Below are positions 9,095 through 17,675 of a DNA stretch of 64,000 bases, piece after piece (the stretch's first letter is position 1; every line of letters starts with the position of its first letter). The translations under genes were made by a program, and so were the position numbers. The notes under the pieces were generated by a model, which saw only the letters and a list, made by a program, of their open reading frames with translations, was not told where the DNA came from and searched no databases. The stretch comes from Oligoflexales bacterium (GTDB lineage: Bacteria > Bdellovibrionota_B > Oligoflexia > Oligoflexales > JALZUQ01): positions 87,806 through 151,805 of the forward strand of contig JBGSKV010000083.1 in the NCBI GenBank assembly GCA_041740975.1, given 5' to 3'.

Positions 9095-10692
9095 GATTTT
9101 CTCCTTTGAAGCCAGTAAATGGCGCCACTACACAAGAAGATAAACGGATAAATAAAAGCGAGAACAAAAAGCGAAACCTGACTTGAGGAACTGGTCACGT
9201 CAATCGTGCTCTTGTCTGTTGGCTTTGGTCGAATCGCGATAAAATCTTCATCGCGCACCAAGTAGTTCACGGAATTCACGAATAAATCCCGCGTCGCAGC
9301 GTCTTGCGCGCCAAGATTTGCAGCAATCGCGGCGGAGCCTCCCACTAAAAAGCGAAAACCTTTGGTTTTTGTAGGCTCTGGCGATGGAGCGTCGTCGTCC
9401 GCAGGTTTCGGCGCATCATCAATCCTCGAGGCGATGGTCAGCATCGAATGTTGGGCGGTATCTATTTTTTTAGAAACATCGCCCTTAAGGTCCTCGGGCC
9501 GGAAAATATCTTTCACTCGAATCGTGAGGGGAGTGTGGGTCTTGGCGATTTCTACAATCTGTATGTTTTTATCCTCGAGTTCTTTCCTGCTAACTGATCG
9601 GCTAGAGGGTAAAAGGATAGCGACATCGGACGCCTTGGAAAAATCACGCGAAATGTCGTGGTCTGCCGAGAAGGTATTGATGATGCCAAAATTCTTCCCG
9701 TACATCTGAGCTTGTGGGCTATTGGGATGGAGGAGTAAAATATCCGATCCCAGGCTCATGCCATACTTTTCGGCTAATAAATTCATGTTCTTGGCGGGCA
9801 CCAAAGCATTGACCAAAAGCATAACCGAGCCGCCACTAGTCAAATAGTCGTCTAGAATTTTGACTTCGGGTTCAGTTAAGTCATAGGCCGGCCCCGCTAC
9901 GATGATGAGGTCGGCAGTTTTCACTTCTTCCAGGGCGGCAAGCAAAGTGACTTGCTGGACGTCAAAGTTATTGGTTTCCAGTTCAGTCTTGACGATATTG
10001 AAGCCAACTTCATCTTGGGCATCTAATTTTCCTTCACCATGCCCTTCGGTGAAAAGAATTTTCTTCTTTTTTGTTTTAAGCACATTTAAAAGAGCGTTTG
10101 TGACTTTTTCTTCGTTGAAGACAGTAAGGCGCGACTCCTGAGGGCCTTGGCGAAAGATAACTGTATTGGGATTGGTGAGTTTTTCGGATTTGGCATCTTC
10201 GATATCGATGGCGGTATTGAGATACTTGATATTAAAAGCTGCGCCTTTTATCTGATAGAGTTCAATCAAATGCACGAAAGCCTGCTTGCTGTTTTCATCT
10301 GCGAAAAAAGCCTTTACTTCAATAGTGGCTTTATCCTTCTTCATTTTTTCAATAATTTTTTCGGATTGGTCCGAAAGAGTATTGGCTCCGCCTTTCGTCA
10401 CATCCCAGTTTTTGTTGAATCGAGGTTTTGTGGACACGTAGGCGATGCCAGTAATGAAAGCTCCGGCAAGTAAAATCGCCAAACCAGAACTAGCGCCGTA
10501 TTTGGCACCTTTGCGCCCGATGACGCGCGAAATATTCTCAAGGTCCAAAATGATCCAAAGTAGAAAGAAAACACCGGCAACCGCCCAAGCGGCCGGCATC
10601 ACCCAAGTTACTGCCGCAGCGTTGCCGACAGAAGTTCCGACACTGCCGATGATCAAACCTAAAAAGGGTAAAAAGAGTAATCCTGGTTTCAT
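9091..10692 (-). CDS. GldG-like auxiliary component of an ABC-2 type transport system
   Basis: 533 aa with N-terminal TM helices, a large soluble middle and a C-terminal TM helix (VSLFVLAFIYPFIFLCSGAIYWL). Sits directly after the ABC-2 permease and ATPase, the classic GldA-GldF-GldG order. Confidence 0.75.
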   Translation of the reverse strand: MKPGLLFLPFLGLIIGSVGTSVGNAAAVTWVMPAAWAVAGVFFLLWIILDLENISRVIGRKGAKYGASSGLAILLAGAFITGIAYVSTKPRFNKNWDVTKGGANTLSDQSEKIIEKMKKDKATIEVKAFFADENSKQAFVHLIELYQIKGAAFNIKYLNTAIDIEDAKSEKLTNPNTVIFRQGPQESRLTVFNEEKVTNALLNVLKTKKKKILFTEGHGEGKLDAQDEVGFNIVKTELETNNFDVQQVTLLAALEEVKTADLIIVAGPAYDLTEPEVKILDDYLTSGGSVMLLVNALVPAKNMNLLAEKYGMSLGSDILLLHPNSPQAQMYGKNFGIINTFSADHDISRDFSKASDVAILLPSSRSVSRKELEDKNIQIVEIAKTHTPLTIRVKDIFRPEDLKGDVSKKIDTAQHSMLTIASRIDDAPKPADDDAPSPEPTKTKGFRFLVGGSAAIAANLGAQDAATRDLFVNSVNYLVRDEDFIAIRPKPTDKSTIDVTSSSSQVSLFVLAFIYPFIFLCSGAIYWLQRRKS

Positions 10693-10694
10693 AG

Positions 10695-11462
10695 TTATCT
10701 CCAGCGCTGTGAGTCTAAAGAGACATTCGTTAAAAACAAAAAAGATGCCGTGAAGAGTACAAAGTACAAAGTATCCTTAATATTGATGCTGCCCTTTAAG
10801 AACGAATCGAAGTGGTCTGTTGAAGCGATATATTGCATTGCGCTTTGCACCCAAGATCCTTCCGTGCTGATGCTGGGTGCTGCCCAGTTCAATATGAGGA
10901 GCATGAACAACCCAAACATTGTGAAAATAAACGCGAGAAACTGATTAGAGGTGAGAGAAGAAATCCACAAGCCGAATGCTAACTGCGAACACATCAAAAG
11001 GAATACGCCGACAAATGACGAGATAATAATGCCCGTATCAGGGTTGCCGTAAATGACTGTATATATCGGATAGGCGGTGGAGGCGATGAGTACGAGTAAC
11101 ATAAAGAATGCAGACGATGCGAACTTTCCTAAAACAATTTGCGTGGCCGATATGGGTGCTGTCTGTAGGAGGCGAATGGACTGGCTGCGTTTTTCACTCG
11201 CAAAAGTCGACATTGTGACCGCCGGAATGATCAAAATCAAAATAAAGTGAAGATTTGCAAAAAGTGCTCGGACCAGTTGCTCAAGGCTTAGCCCACTCCC
11301 GCCCATTTGCTGAGATTGTTGTTCGGCTTTGATGAAAGTCGCAATAAAAGAGCGAAAGAAAAACCCCATAAAAAGTAGGAAAAAGAAAAAAATGGCCGCC
11401 CCTTTCGGAGAGGTAAAGTAACTTTTCAGGTCGCGTCGTGCGATAGTAACGATAGCACCCAT
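10695..11462 (-). CDS. ABC-2 family transporter permease (GldF-like)
   Basis: 255 aa, about 6 TM. Immediately downstream of the ABC ATPase; its stop is 2 nt from the next start. Confidence 0.8.
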   Translation of the reverse strand: MGAIVTIARRDLKSYFTSPKGAAIFFFFLLFMGFFFRSFIATFIKAEQQSQQMGGSGLSLEQLVRALFANLHFILILIIPAVTMSTFASEKRSQSIRLLQTAPISATQIVLGKFASSAFFMLLVLIASTAYPIYTVIYGNPDTGIIISSFVGVFLLMCSQLAFGLWISSLTSNQFLAFIFTMFGLFMLLILNWAAPSISTEGSWVQSAMQYIASTDHFDSFLKGSINIKDTLYFVLFTASFLFLTNVSLDSQRWR

Positions 11463-11475
11463 AGATCTATTCTCC

Positions 11476-12390
11476 TTAGTGAGTCAGCTGGTAAAAAACA
11501 TCTTCAAGTGTTTTGGACTGAGGAGTCAGTTCGCGCAGCCCGTGGCCTGCACTGACAGCTTGTTTGACGAGGCGATCAATGGTGTCCCCATCATTGTTGG
11601 TACTGACTTCCAAAAGATTGTCCTCAATCAAACTCGCTGAAGCAACCCCTTGCATCGACTTTAAAGTGTCGGCGAACTTCAAACCATCATTTTGTACCCG
11701 CACTCTATAGACTGCGCCCGCATCTTTTTGGCGAAGAATTTGATCGCGTGTGCCCTGCTGAACAATCTGACCTTTGTTGATGATAATGATGTGATCGCAG
11801 GTGTTTTCGACCTCGGAAAGAATATGCGAACTCAATAGAATCGTATGTTCGCCGGCCAACTCACGAATCATCGTACGAATCTGCACGATTTGATTCGGGT
11901 CAAGCCCTTCTGTTGGTTCGTCTAGAATAAGGACTTCAGGATTATGTGCGATGGCCTGAGCGAGCGCAACTCGCTGGCGGTAGCCTTTCGATAGTTGACC
12001 GATGAGGCGATTTTGAACTTCCCCTAAGGAGAGCATTTCAACTAACTGTTTGACTCGCGCTGGAATTTTGGATTTTTCAACTTTATTTAAAGCCGCCGCA
12101 TAAGAGATAAACTCTGATACAAGCATATCGTCATGCAGTGGTGGTTCGTCTGGCAAATAACCCAACTTTTTTTTGGCTTCAATAGGTGAGTCGGTGATGT
12201 CAAATCCGCAGATTTTGGCGCTGCCTTGATCGGCTCCAATACATCCACACAAAATGTCCATCGTTGTGGTTTTGCCGGCGCCGTTGGCTCCGAGAAATCC
12301 CACAATCTGACCCTTTGGAACGGTGAAGCTGAGATCATAGAGTGCCCGAACGGACCCAAATGATTTCGAAAGGCCTTTTACCTCAATCAC
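11476..12390 (-). CDS. ABC transporter ATP-binding protein (GldA-like)
   Basis: Walker A GANGAGKTTT, signature LSKGYRQRV, Walker B LILDEPTEGLD, H-loop SSHIL. Confidence 0.93.
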   Translation of the reverse strand: MIEVKGLSKSFGSVRALYDLSFTVPKGQIVGFLGANGAGKTTTMDILCGCIGADQGSAKICGFDITDSPIEAKKKLGYLPDEPPLHDDMLVSEFISYAAALNKVEKSKIPARVKQLVEMLSLGEVQNRLIGQLSKGYRQRVALAQAIAHNPEVLILDEPTEGLDPNQIVQIRTMIRELAGEHTILLSSHILSEVENTCDHIIIINKGQIVQQGTRDQILRQKDAGAVYRVRVQNDGLKFADTLKSMQGVASASLIEDNLLEVSTNNDGDTIDRLVKQAVSAGHGLRELTPQSKTLEDVFYQLTH

Positions 12391-12526
12391 TGTTTCCCCC
12401 TTAAAATAGTGAACTATTCATGCAAGGCAATATCTTATATCGGAGCGACTGAGTGCGTCAAGCAAGCTACTGCTTATGAAAAAACAGTGAAAATCCTTCG
12501 TCAGTCATTGCTAAGCGAAGAATCTC

Positions 12527-13174
12527 TTATTCTGTACAAAGAGGTATGTTGTGACCAAGCTGAGTTGCTTTGGTTTGAAGATAGCGCTTATTTTCTAGGG
12601 TGTGTTGAGCGTGCGACGGCACAACGCTGCTAATTTTAATTCCGAGTGCTGCGAGACTTTCGGCTTTATTTGGGTTATTTGTGATGAGGTCAATATTGCG
12701 TACGTGAAGATGATCAAGGATCGCAGCGCCAGCACGGTATTCGCGCATGTCTGCATCGAAGCCTAACTTGACATTGGCCTCGACCGTATCAAGTCCCTGG
12801 TCTTGCAAATTGTAGGCAAGGAGCTTCGAACTCAAACCAATGCCACGACCCTCTTGCCTTAGATAGACTAGGATCCCTGTGCCGCGCTTTGAAATCTGCT
12901 CGAGCGCATTGTTAAGCTGCCACTGACAGTCGCAGCGAAGCGACCCAAAAACTTCACCTGTCAAACACTCCGAATGGATGCGCGCTAGGACCGGCTCGGT
13001 TGCCGTGCCGATGTCACCTTTGACCATGGCCAAATGTTCTTTATGGGTGGCGTTATCTTTGAATAAATAGAGCTGAAAATCACCGTAGGCTGTGGGAAGC
13101 CTGGTTTTCACGATGCGCTCAAGGTTGTGGCTCGCTTCTTTCATTGCCCCGATATCTACTACGAAAAGGCCCAC
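12527..13174 (-). CDS. ribA: GTP cyclohydrolase II
   Basis: RIHSECLTGEVFGSLRCDCQWQL (zinc Cys triad) and YLRQEGRGIGL motifs. GTG start at 13174; an alternative ATG at 13144 (MKEASHN) is equally possible. Confidence 0.9.
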   Translation of the reverse strand: MGLFVVDIGAMKEASHNLERIVKTRLPTAYGDFQLYLFKDNATHKEHLAMVKGDIGTATEPVLARIHSECLTGEVFGSLRCDCQWQLNNALEQISKRGTGILVYLRQEGRGIGLSSKLLAYNLQDQGLDTVEANVKLGFDADMREYRAGAAILDHLHVRNIDLITNNPNKAESLAALGIKISSVVPSHAQHTLENKRYLQTKATQLGHNIPLCTE

Positions 13175-13240
13175 CTGTCCAATTATTGAGCCTTATTGAC
13201 ACTATTTCCCGTTCGGGTATGCTGCCCAACTCGTCATTAT

Positions 13241-13317
13241 GGTGGCTGTGGCGAAGTGGTTAACGCATCGGATTGTGATTCCGACATTCGCGGGTTCGAC
13301 CCCCGTCAGCCACCCCA
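13241..13317 (+). tRNA. tRNA-His (anticodon GTG) with encoded G-1 and 3' CCA
   Basis: Cloverleaf read by eye: G-1, acceptor GTGGCTG/CAGCCAC, anticodon arm TCGGA-TTGTGAT-TCCGA, T arm GCGGG-TTCGACC-CCCGT, discriminator C, then CCA. Confidence 0.9.
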
Positions 13318-13869
13318 TTCTCTCTCTTCGTGACTCAGCCGATAGGGGAAAGCGCACGAGGCAAAATGCTTCCGTAAAGCCTTACACAATTCAGGCCCAT
13401 GGTTGAACTCCGCAAATAAAATCATTGGCGTAACTCATGACAATGAGACCTCTGCGCCGAAGGCAAAAGACTCAATTCCCTTATCGAACGCTTCAGATAT
13501 CAGCTTACCGCAAAATAGACGTTTCCTTCGTTTGGTCGTGAAGGAAAGATTCAATATTCCCTTTGCATGCTGCTCGTGGAAACGAACTTATGGAGACAAT
13601 ACTTCAAAATTTTGGATCGAAATTGTTTGACCGATGACTGCAAGTCACTCGATAGAACAAAATGTAAATCTTTGTAGAGCTGTTATCGTGCGCAACGATG
13701 CTGAGAGTTCCTATGCAAAGTATGTCCATAGACTGGGGGCGCTGCTGGAAAGCGACTTAAGCACTCGTGTAAGCCTCTGTTTTGTCCAATAAAAATTGAT
13801 GCAAGACCTAAGTCTCAAGCTTTGAATGATCTACCCCGAAGAGTAAGGTATGAGAATGCAAGGTGTCAT

Positions 13870-14463
13870 ATGAAACAGATTAGAAAAAGTAATCTGGGAT
13901 TTTCGTTAGTTGAGCTTATGGTCGTGGTTTCCATCATCACACTTCTAGGCTCAATAACATTTCCTAGTTACGTCAAATTTATGATCCGTGCTGCCAGAGT
14001 GGAGATGACTACAAATCTGCGGCATATCGCTACGCTTGCACACGCTTACCATGCAGAGAACTCTCAGTTTCCGGGTATCATCTTGTATGGAGTGAGTAAT
14101 GGAACCACTAATTGTGGCCCCAACGCATTGGGATTCAGTGTCGGTGACTGTATGAGCTTACGTTATGAATACTTATTCAGAGGAGGTTGGCAAGTTAACG
14201 CAAGCACTTATCATTTCACTCGCGAAACTTATTTTGGCGCATACGCTCGCGCACTTTATATCGATGGTGATTATGACTTTTCGACTGGTAGGGGACCGCC
14301 GACAAAACATTGCATCGTTCCGGAAGTGTACTCTGAAACGAATGGTGGATACTTTTATTATGATGCGTGGACGTTAAATGAAAATGGCGAATTCAAAGCG
14401 GTCTTTGATGGCGACGCCGAACAGAACTGTCTTAGCGGAGCCAGTGTACCCATCGGTGGTTAA
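13870..14463 (+). CDS. type IV pilin / pseudopilin-like protein with prepilin N-terminal cleavage/methylation motif
   Basis: MKQIRKSNLG|FSLVELMVVVSIITLLG is a class III signal peptide (G-1, F+1, E+5). AAGGTG lies 6 nt before the ATG at 13870. Two Cys pairs in the C-terminal half. The ORF track's 13822 start is probably an over-extension. Confidence 0.8.
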   Translation: MKQIRKSNLGFSLVELMVVVSIITLLGSITFPSYVKFMIRAARVEMTTNLRHIATLAHAYHAENSQFPGIILYGVSNGTTNCGPNALGFSVGDCMSLRYEYLFRGGWQVNASTYHFTRETYFGAYARALYIDGDYDFSTGRGPPTKHCIVPEVYSETNGGYFYYDAWTLNENGEFKAVFDGDAEQNCLSGASVPIGG

Positions 14464-14525
14464 AACCGAAAAGGGGAAGTAGAAATTCTAAATCGCGAGC
14501 TGAATCGTAATCAACTAGCGCCGAG

Positions 14526-17500
14526 TCACTCAACCTGATTACCCCGAATCTGACGCCCACGCGCCAGTATATCTTCACGCACCAGTGAAATGGCTGGGAC
14601 CATGAATAAAACGAGAATGGTTCCGAAGATTAAGCCATAGCCCAAAGCGATAGCGGCGGGTTGCAGGAACTTGTCAAAACCTCCAATACCATAAACCATT
14701 GGCAAAAGGCCGACGACCGTAGTCAATGTGGTTAGCCAAACCGGTCGGAATCTTCGGATTCCTGCTTGGTAGGCGGCATCAAATGCTGAAGCACCTTCAC
14801 TGCGAACCGAGTTCATGTAGGCGACTAAGACAATCGAATCGTTGACAACGACACCGCAAAGTCCAATCGTACCAATCATACAAAGAAAACTCAGTGGCAA
14901 CCCATGGAAGAACATTGCCCATATAACTCCAACGACACCAAATGGTATAGCGCTCATGACCATGAAGGGTTGTGTCATATTTCCAAACTGCAAAACGAGA
15001 ATAAAAAAGATAAGAGCGGCAGCCACGAGGAAGGCTTTTAGCAAGCTGTCCATACTATTCTTGGTATCCTCAAACTCCCCGCCCTGCGCGAACTTGATAT
15101 GCGGATATTTGCTTTGCAATTCTTTAATTATCGGTAGCAAGTCGGCGTTAGCATCATTGCTCGTGTAAACACTCGCATCCTTTAAATCCGCATTCACCGT
15201 GATTGTTCTGCGACGATCAAGATGTTTAATCCCGTCGATGCCTTTTTCTTCTGAAAAACTTGCGACCGATTTTAGACGCACTAAATTATTCATTTGATTT
15301 GGAATCTGCATATTTTCCAGCAGTTCGAGGCTGTTTTTGCCTTCTGAGTCAAGAATGACGCGAACCGGAAACTGCTCGCCATTGTTGGTAACATATCCTG
15401 AAACGAGTCCATCAAGCGCTGCCCGAATGTGGGTTGCTACACCTTCAGTAGTCAGGAGAGCGCGCATCAGTTTGCTTTGATCAACTTCAATGCGAAATTC
15501 TTTCTTTCCAAGCCTGTAGTCCGACTCAATATTGACTAGTTGCTCGTTTCCTTTAAGTTTCGCTATGACTTCTTCAGAGATGGTATTGATCTCAGCCAAG
15601 TTTTTGCCGACGACTTGAAGGGAGACTGGCTTGCCAACTGGTGGACCGTTTTGCACTCGCGCGTATCGAAACCCTGTATGTTTTGATTTGCCGATAAGCG
15701 CCTGCATTTTTGTTTCAAGCTCTTTAATGATGGCGTCGGTACTTCGTTTTCGTAAGTTGTCCGGGGCTAAATAAACTTTGATCTCACCGAGGTGCTTGCC
15801 TCGTGCTGTGAAAGGGTCATTGTTGTCGTTTTGCTGGATGCCTACGGTGGTAACAAAGTTCCGAAGTTCATCTTCAGGGAGCGTGCGAATGACGGCTTCG
15901 ACACTTTTCATTTCTTCCAAAGTTTCTTCTATACTTGTACCAAGAGGTAGATCAGTGCGAACGAAAAATTGCTCAATACCATCCGCAGGGAACAGTGTGA
16001 ACTTCATCATGGTGGCAGCGAAAATGAGAGTCAAAACTGTGAACGCGCTGATGCCGGTAATAAAAATGTAGCGGTGATAAAGTGTTTTATGGAGGAGTCT
16101 GGCATACGCGTTGACGACTTTGCTTTTTTCTTCGCCTTCTTTCGTGGCGTTAATTTTTGGTTTACCAAGCCGAATTCTTTTCTTTTCAGTGTATCTCAGG
16201 ACGTCGTATGCATGAGAGGGGAGAATAAACATGGCTTCGAACCAGCTGGCACAAAGAGCCGCGATGACAACAATTGGCATTTCCTTGATAAACTGCCCAA
16301 AGACCCCACTCATCATAAGAAGCGGTGAAAAGGCTGCGCAAGTAGTGGTGATCGTTGCCGCCACCGGTAAAATGACTTCGGATGTACCTTTGATGGTGGC
16401 TTCCAGAGGCGGAAGTCCGAGCTCATAGTGGTGCCAAATATTCTCGGCCACAATGATGGCGTCATCCACCAAGATACCAATGACGATGATCAAACCAAAC
16501 ATACTCAGTAGGTTGATCGTCATGCCCATATATCCCAGAACGATAAACGCACCAAAAATAGCAATGGGCATGCCAATTGCGGTAACAAGGGCGATACCGG
16601 GGGATAGAAAGAGAAGTAAAATAACAGCTACGAAAATGAAACCATAGATACCGTTACTCTGGAGTACGCCAAGGCGATTGCGTACGAAAAAACTGATGTC
16701 GTTGACATAGCCAACATTTACTTTATCCGTAAGCTTTGCTTCAGCTAGGTAATTCTTCACAGACAATTTGACTTTGTCGACCAGGTTTATAACATCGCCT
16801 TCCGCGGATTTGATAACCTGGAGGATGATTCCGTTATGGCCGTCTGCCCGGTGCAGAATGGATGATTGTTCAAGGCGCTCTTGAACTGTTGCGATATCTT
16901 TGATCTTAAGCGTTTGACCTGAGTCGTTAGCCCTGATCACGACTTCGCCAAGTTCCTCAGGCGTATTTTTACGGCCGATTGTTCGGACTAGGTATTCGCC
17001 TTCCTTTGTATCGAGCGCGCCACCAGGTAAGTCCAGATTCTGCATGCGCAGACTGGCGACAATATTGGCGTAACTAAGGTCGTACTGTACGACTTTGTCC
17101 TGATCGATCTGAATCCAGTATTCTTTCTCACGGGCACCGCGTTCATTGACAATCGAAATATCTGATATGTCTTCCAGACGAAAACTAATCTCTTCGGCCA
17201 AGTTTTTGAGTTCAATTTCGGACATCGACTCACTGCTGAGTGCTATTTCGATGATCGGCCAGCGATCGCTGGCAATCTCTGTGACGAGTGGAGGATTGGG
17301 TAGATCGATAGGAAGATTTTTGACTCTTTGTACGGCGCGGATCAAATCATCCGTTGCTTTTGAATTAACTTTTTCTGTTGCGTCAGGATCCAGCTTTACA
17401 ACAATGCTGCTAAAGCCTTCAATACTATTGCTTTTGACTTCTATGACACCATTGATGCCCGTGATTTCTTTTTCTATCGGTTCTGTGACGAGAGTTTCAA

Positions 17501-17675
17501 TTTCTTCGGGGCTGGCACCTGGGTAAACCGTTGAGATGGCCACATAGTCGAAGTTCACAGAGGGAAACGCTTCTCGCTGCATTTCCATCAGACCCATAAC
17601 GCCCATACCCAAAATCATTATGCTTATAATGTTGACCACTAAAGGTCGCGTGATGAAAAAATTAATGATTGGCAT
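14526..17675 (-). CDS. RND efflux transporter permease (AcrB/CzcA-type)
   Basis: About 1050 aa with the 12-TM, two-large-loop architecture. The N-terminus MPIINFFITRPLVVNIISIMILGMG is the canonical RND start. ATG 17675 overlaps the OMF stop (ATGccaatcatTAA). The longer ORF to 17750 is likely an artefact. Confidence 0.9.
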   Translation of the reverse strand: MPIINFFITRPLVVNIISIMILGMGVMGLMEMQREAFPSVNFDYVAISTVYPGASPEEIETLVTEPIEKEITGINGVIEVKSNSIEGFSSIVVKLDPDATEKVNSKATDDLIRAVQRVKNLPIDLPNPPLVTEIASDRWPIIEIALSSESMSEIELKNLAEEISFRLEDISDISIVNERGAREKEYWIQIDQDKVVQYDLSYANIVASLRMQNLDLPGGALDTKEGEYLVRTIGRKNTPEELGEVVIRANDSGQTLKIKDIATVQERLEQSSILHRADGHNGIILQVIKSAEGDVINLVDKVKLSVKNYLAEAKLTDKVNVGYVNDISFFVRNRLGVLQSNGIYGFIFVAVILLLFLSPGIALVTAIGMPIAIFGAFIVLGYMGMTINLLSMFGLIIVIGILVDDAIIVAENIWHHYELGLPPLEATIKGTSEVILPVAATITTTCAAFSPLLMMSGVFGQFIKEMPIVVIAALCASWFEAMFILPSHAYDVLRYTEKKRIRLGKPKINATKEGEEKSKVVNAYARLLHKTLYHRYIFITGISAFTVLTLIFAATMMKFTLFPADGIEQFFVRTDLPLGTSIEETLEEMKSVEAVIRTLPEDELRNFVTTVGIQQNDNNDPFTARGKHLGEIKVYLAPDNLRKRSTDAIIKELETKMQALIGKSKHTGFRYARVQNGPPVGKPVSLQVVGKNLAEINTISEEVIAKLKGNEQLVNIESDYRLGKKEFRIEVDQSKLMRALLTTEGVATHIRAALDGLVSGYVTNNGEQFPVRVILDSEGKNSLELLENMQIPNQMNNLVRLKSVASFSEEKGIDGIKHLDRRRTITVNADLKDASVYTSNDANADLLPIIKELQSKYPHIKFAQGGEFEDTKNSMDSLLKAFLVAAALIFFILVLQFGNMTQPFMVMSAIPFGVVGVIWAMFFHGLPLSFLCMIGTIGLCGVVVNDSIVLVAYMNSVRSEGASAFDAAYQAGIRRFRPVWLTTLTTVVGLLPMVYGIGGFDKFLQPAAIALGYGLIFGTILVLFMVPAISLVREDILARGRQIRGNQVE

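Noticed and set aside
11582-11589. A third occurrence of GTGTCCCC, inside the ABC ATPase gene.
   Set aside because: No inverted partner nearby, and it sits in ordinary coding sequence. Treated as a chance 8-mer, not a third palindromic element.
12409-12633. 74-aa plus-strand ORF between the ABC ATPase gene and ribA.
   Set aside because: It overlaps the ribA 3' end in antisense, has no RBS and no recognisable motif.
13175-13240. Possible FMN riboswitch upstream of ribA.
   Set aside because: Only about 66 nt separate the ribA start from tRNA-His, too short for an FMN aptamer plus expression platform. No conserved FMN-element strings were seen.
13403-13630. 75-aa ORF in the gap after tRNA-His.
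   Set aside because: TTG start, no Shine-Dalgarno, no recognisable features. Left unannotated, but the region is flagged as a finding.
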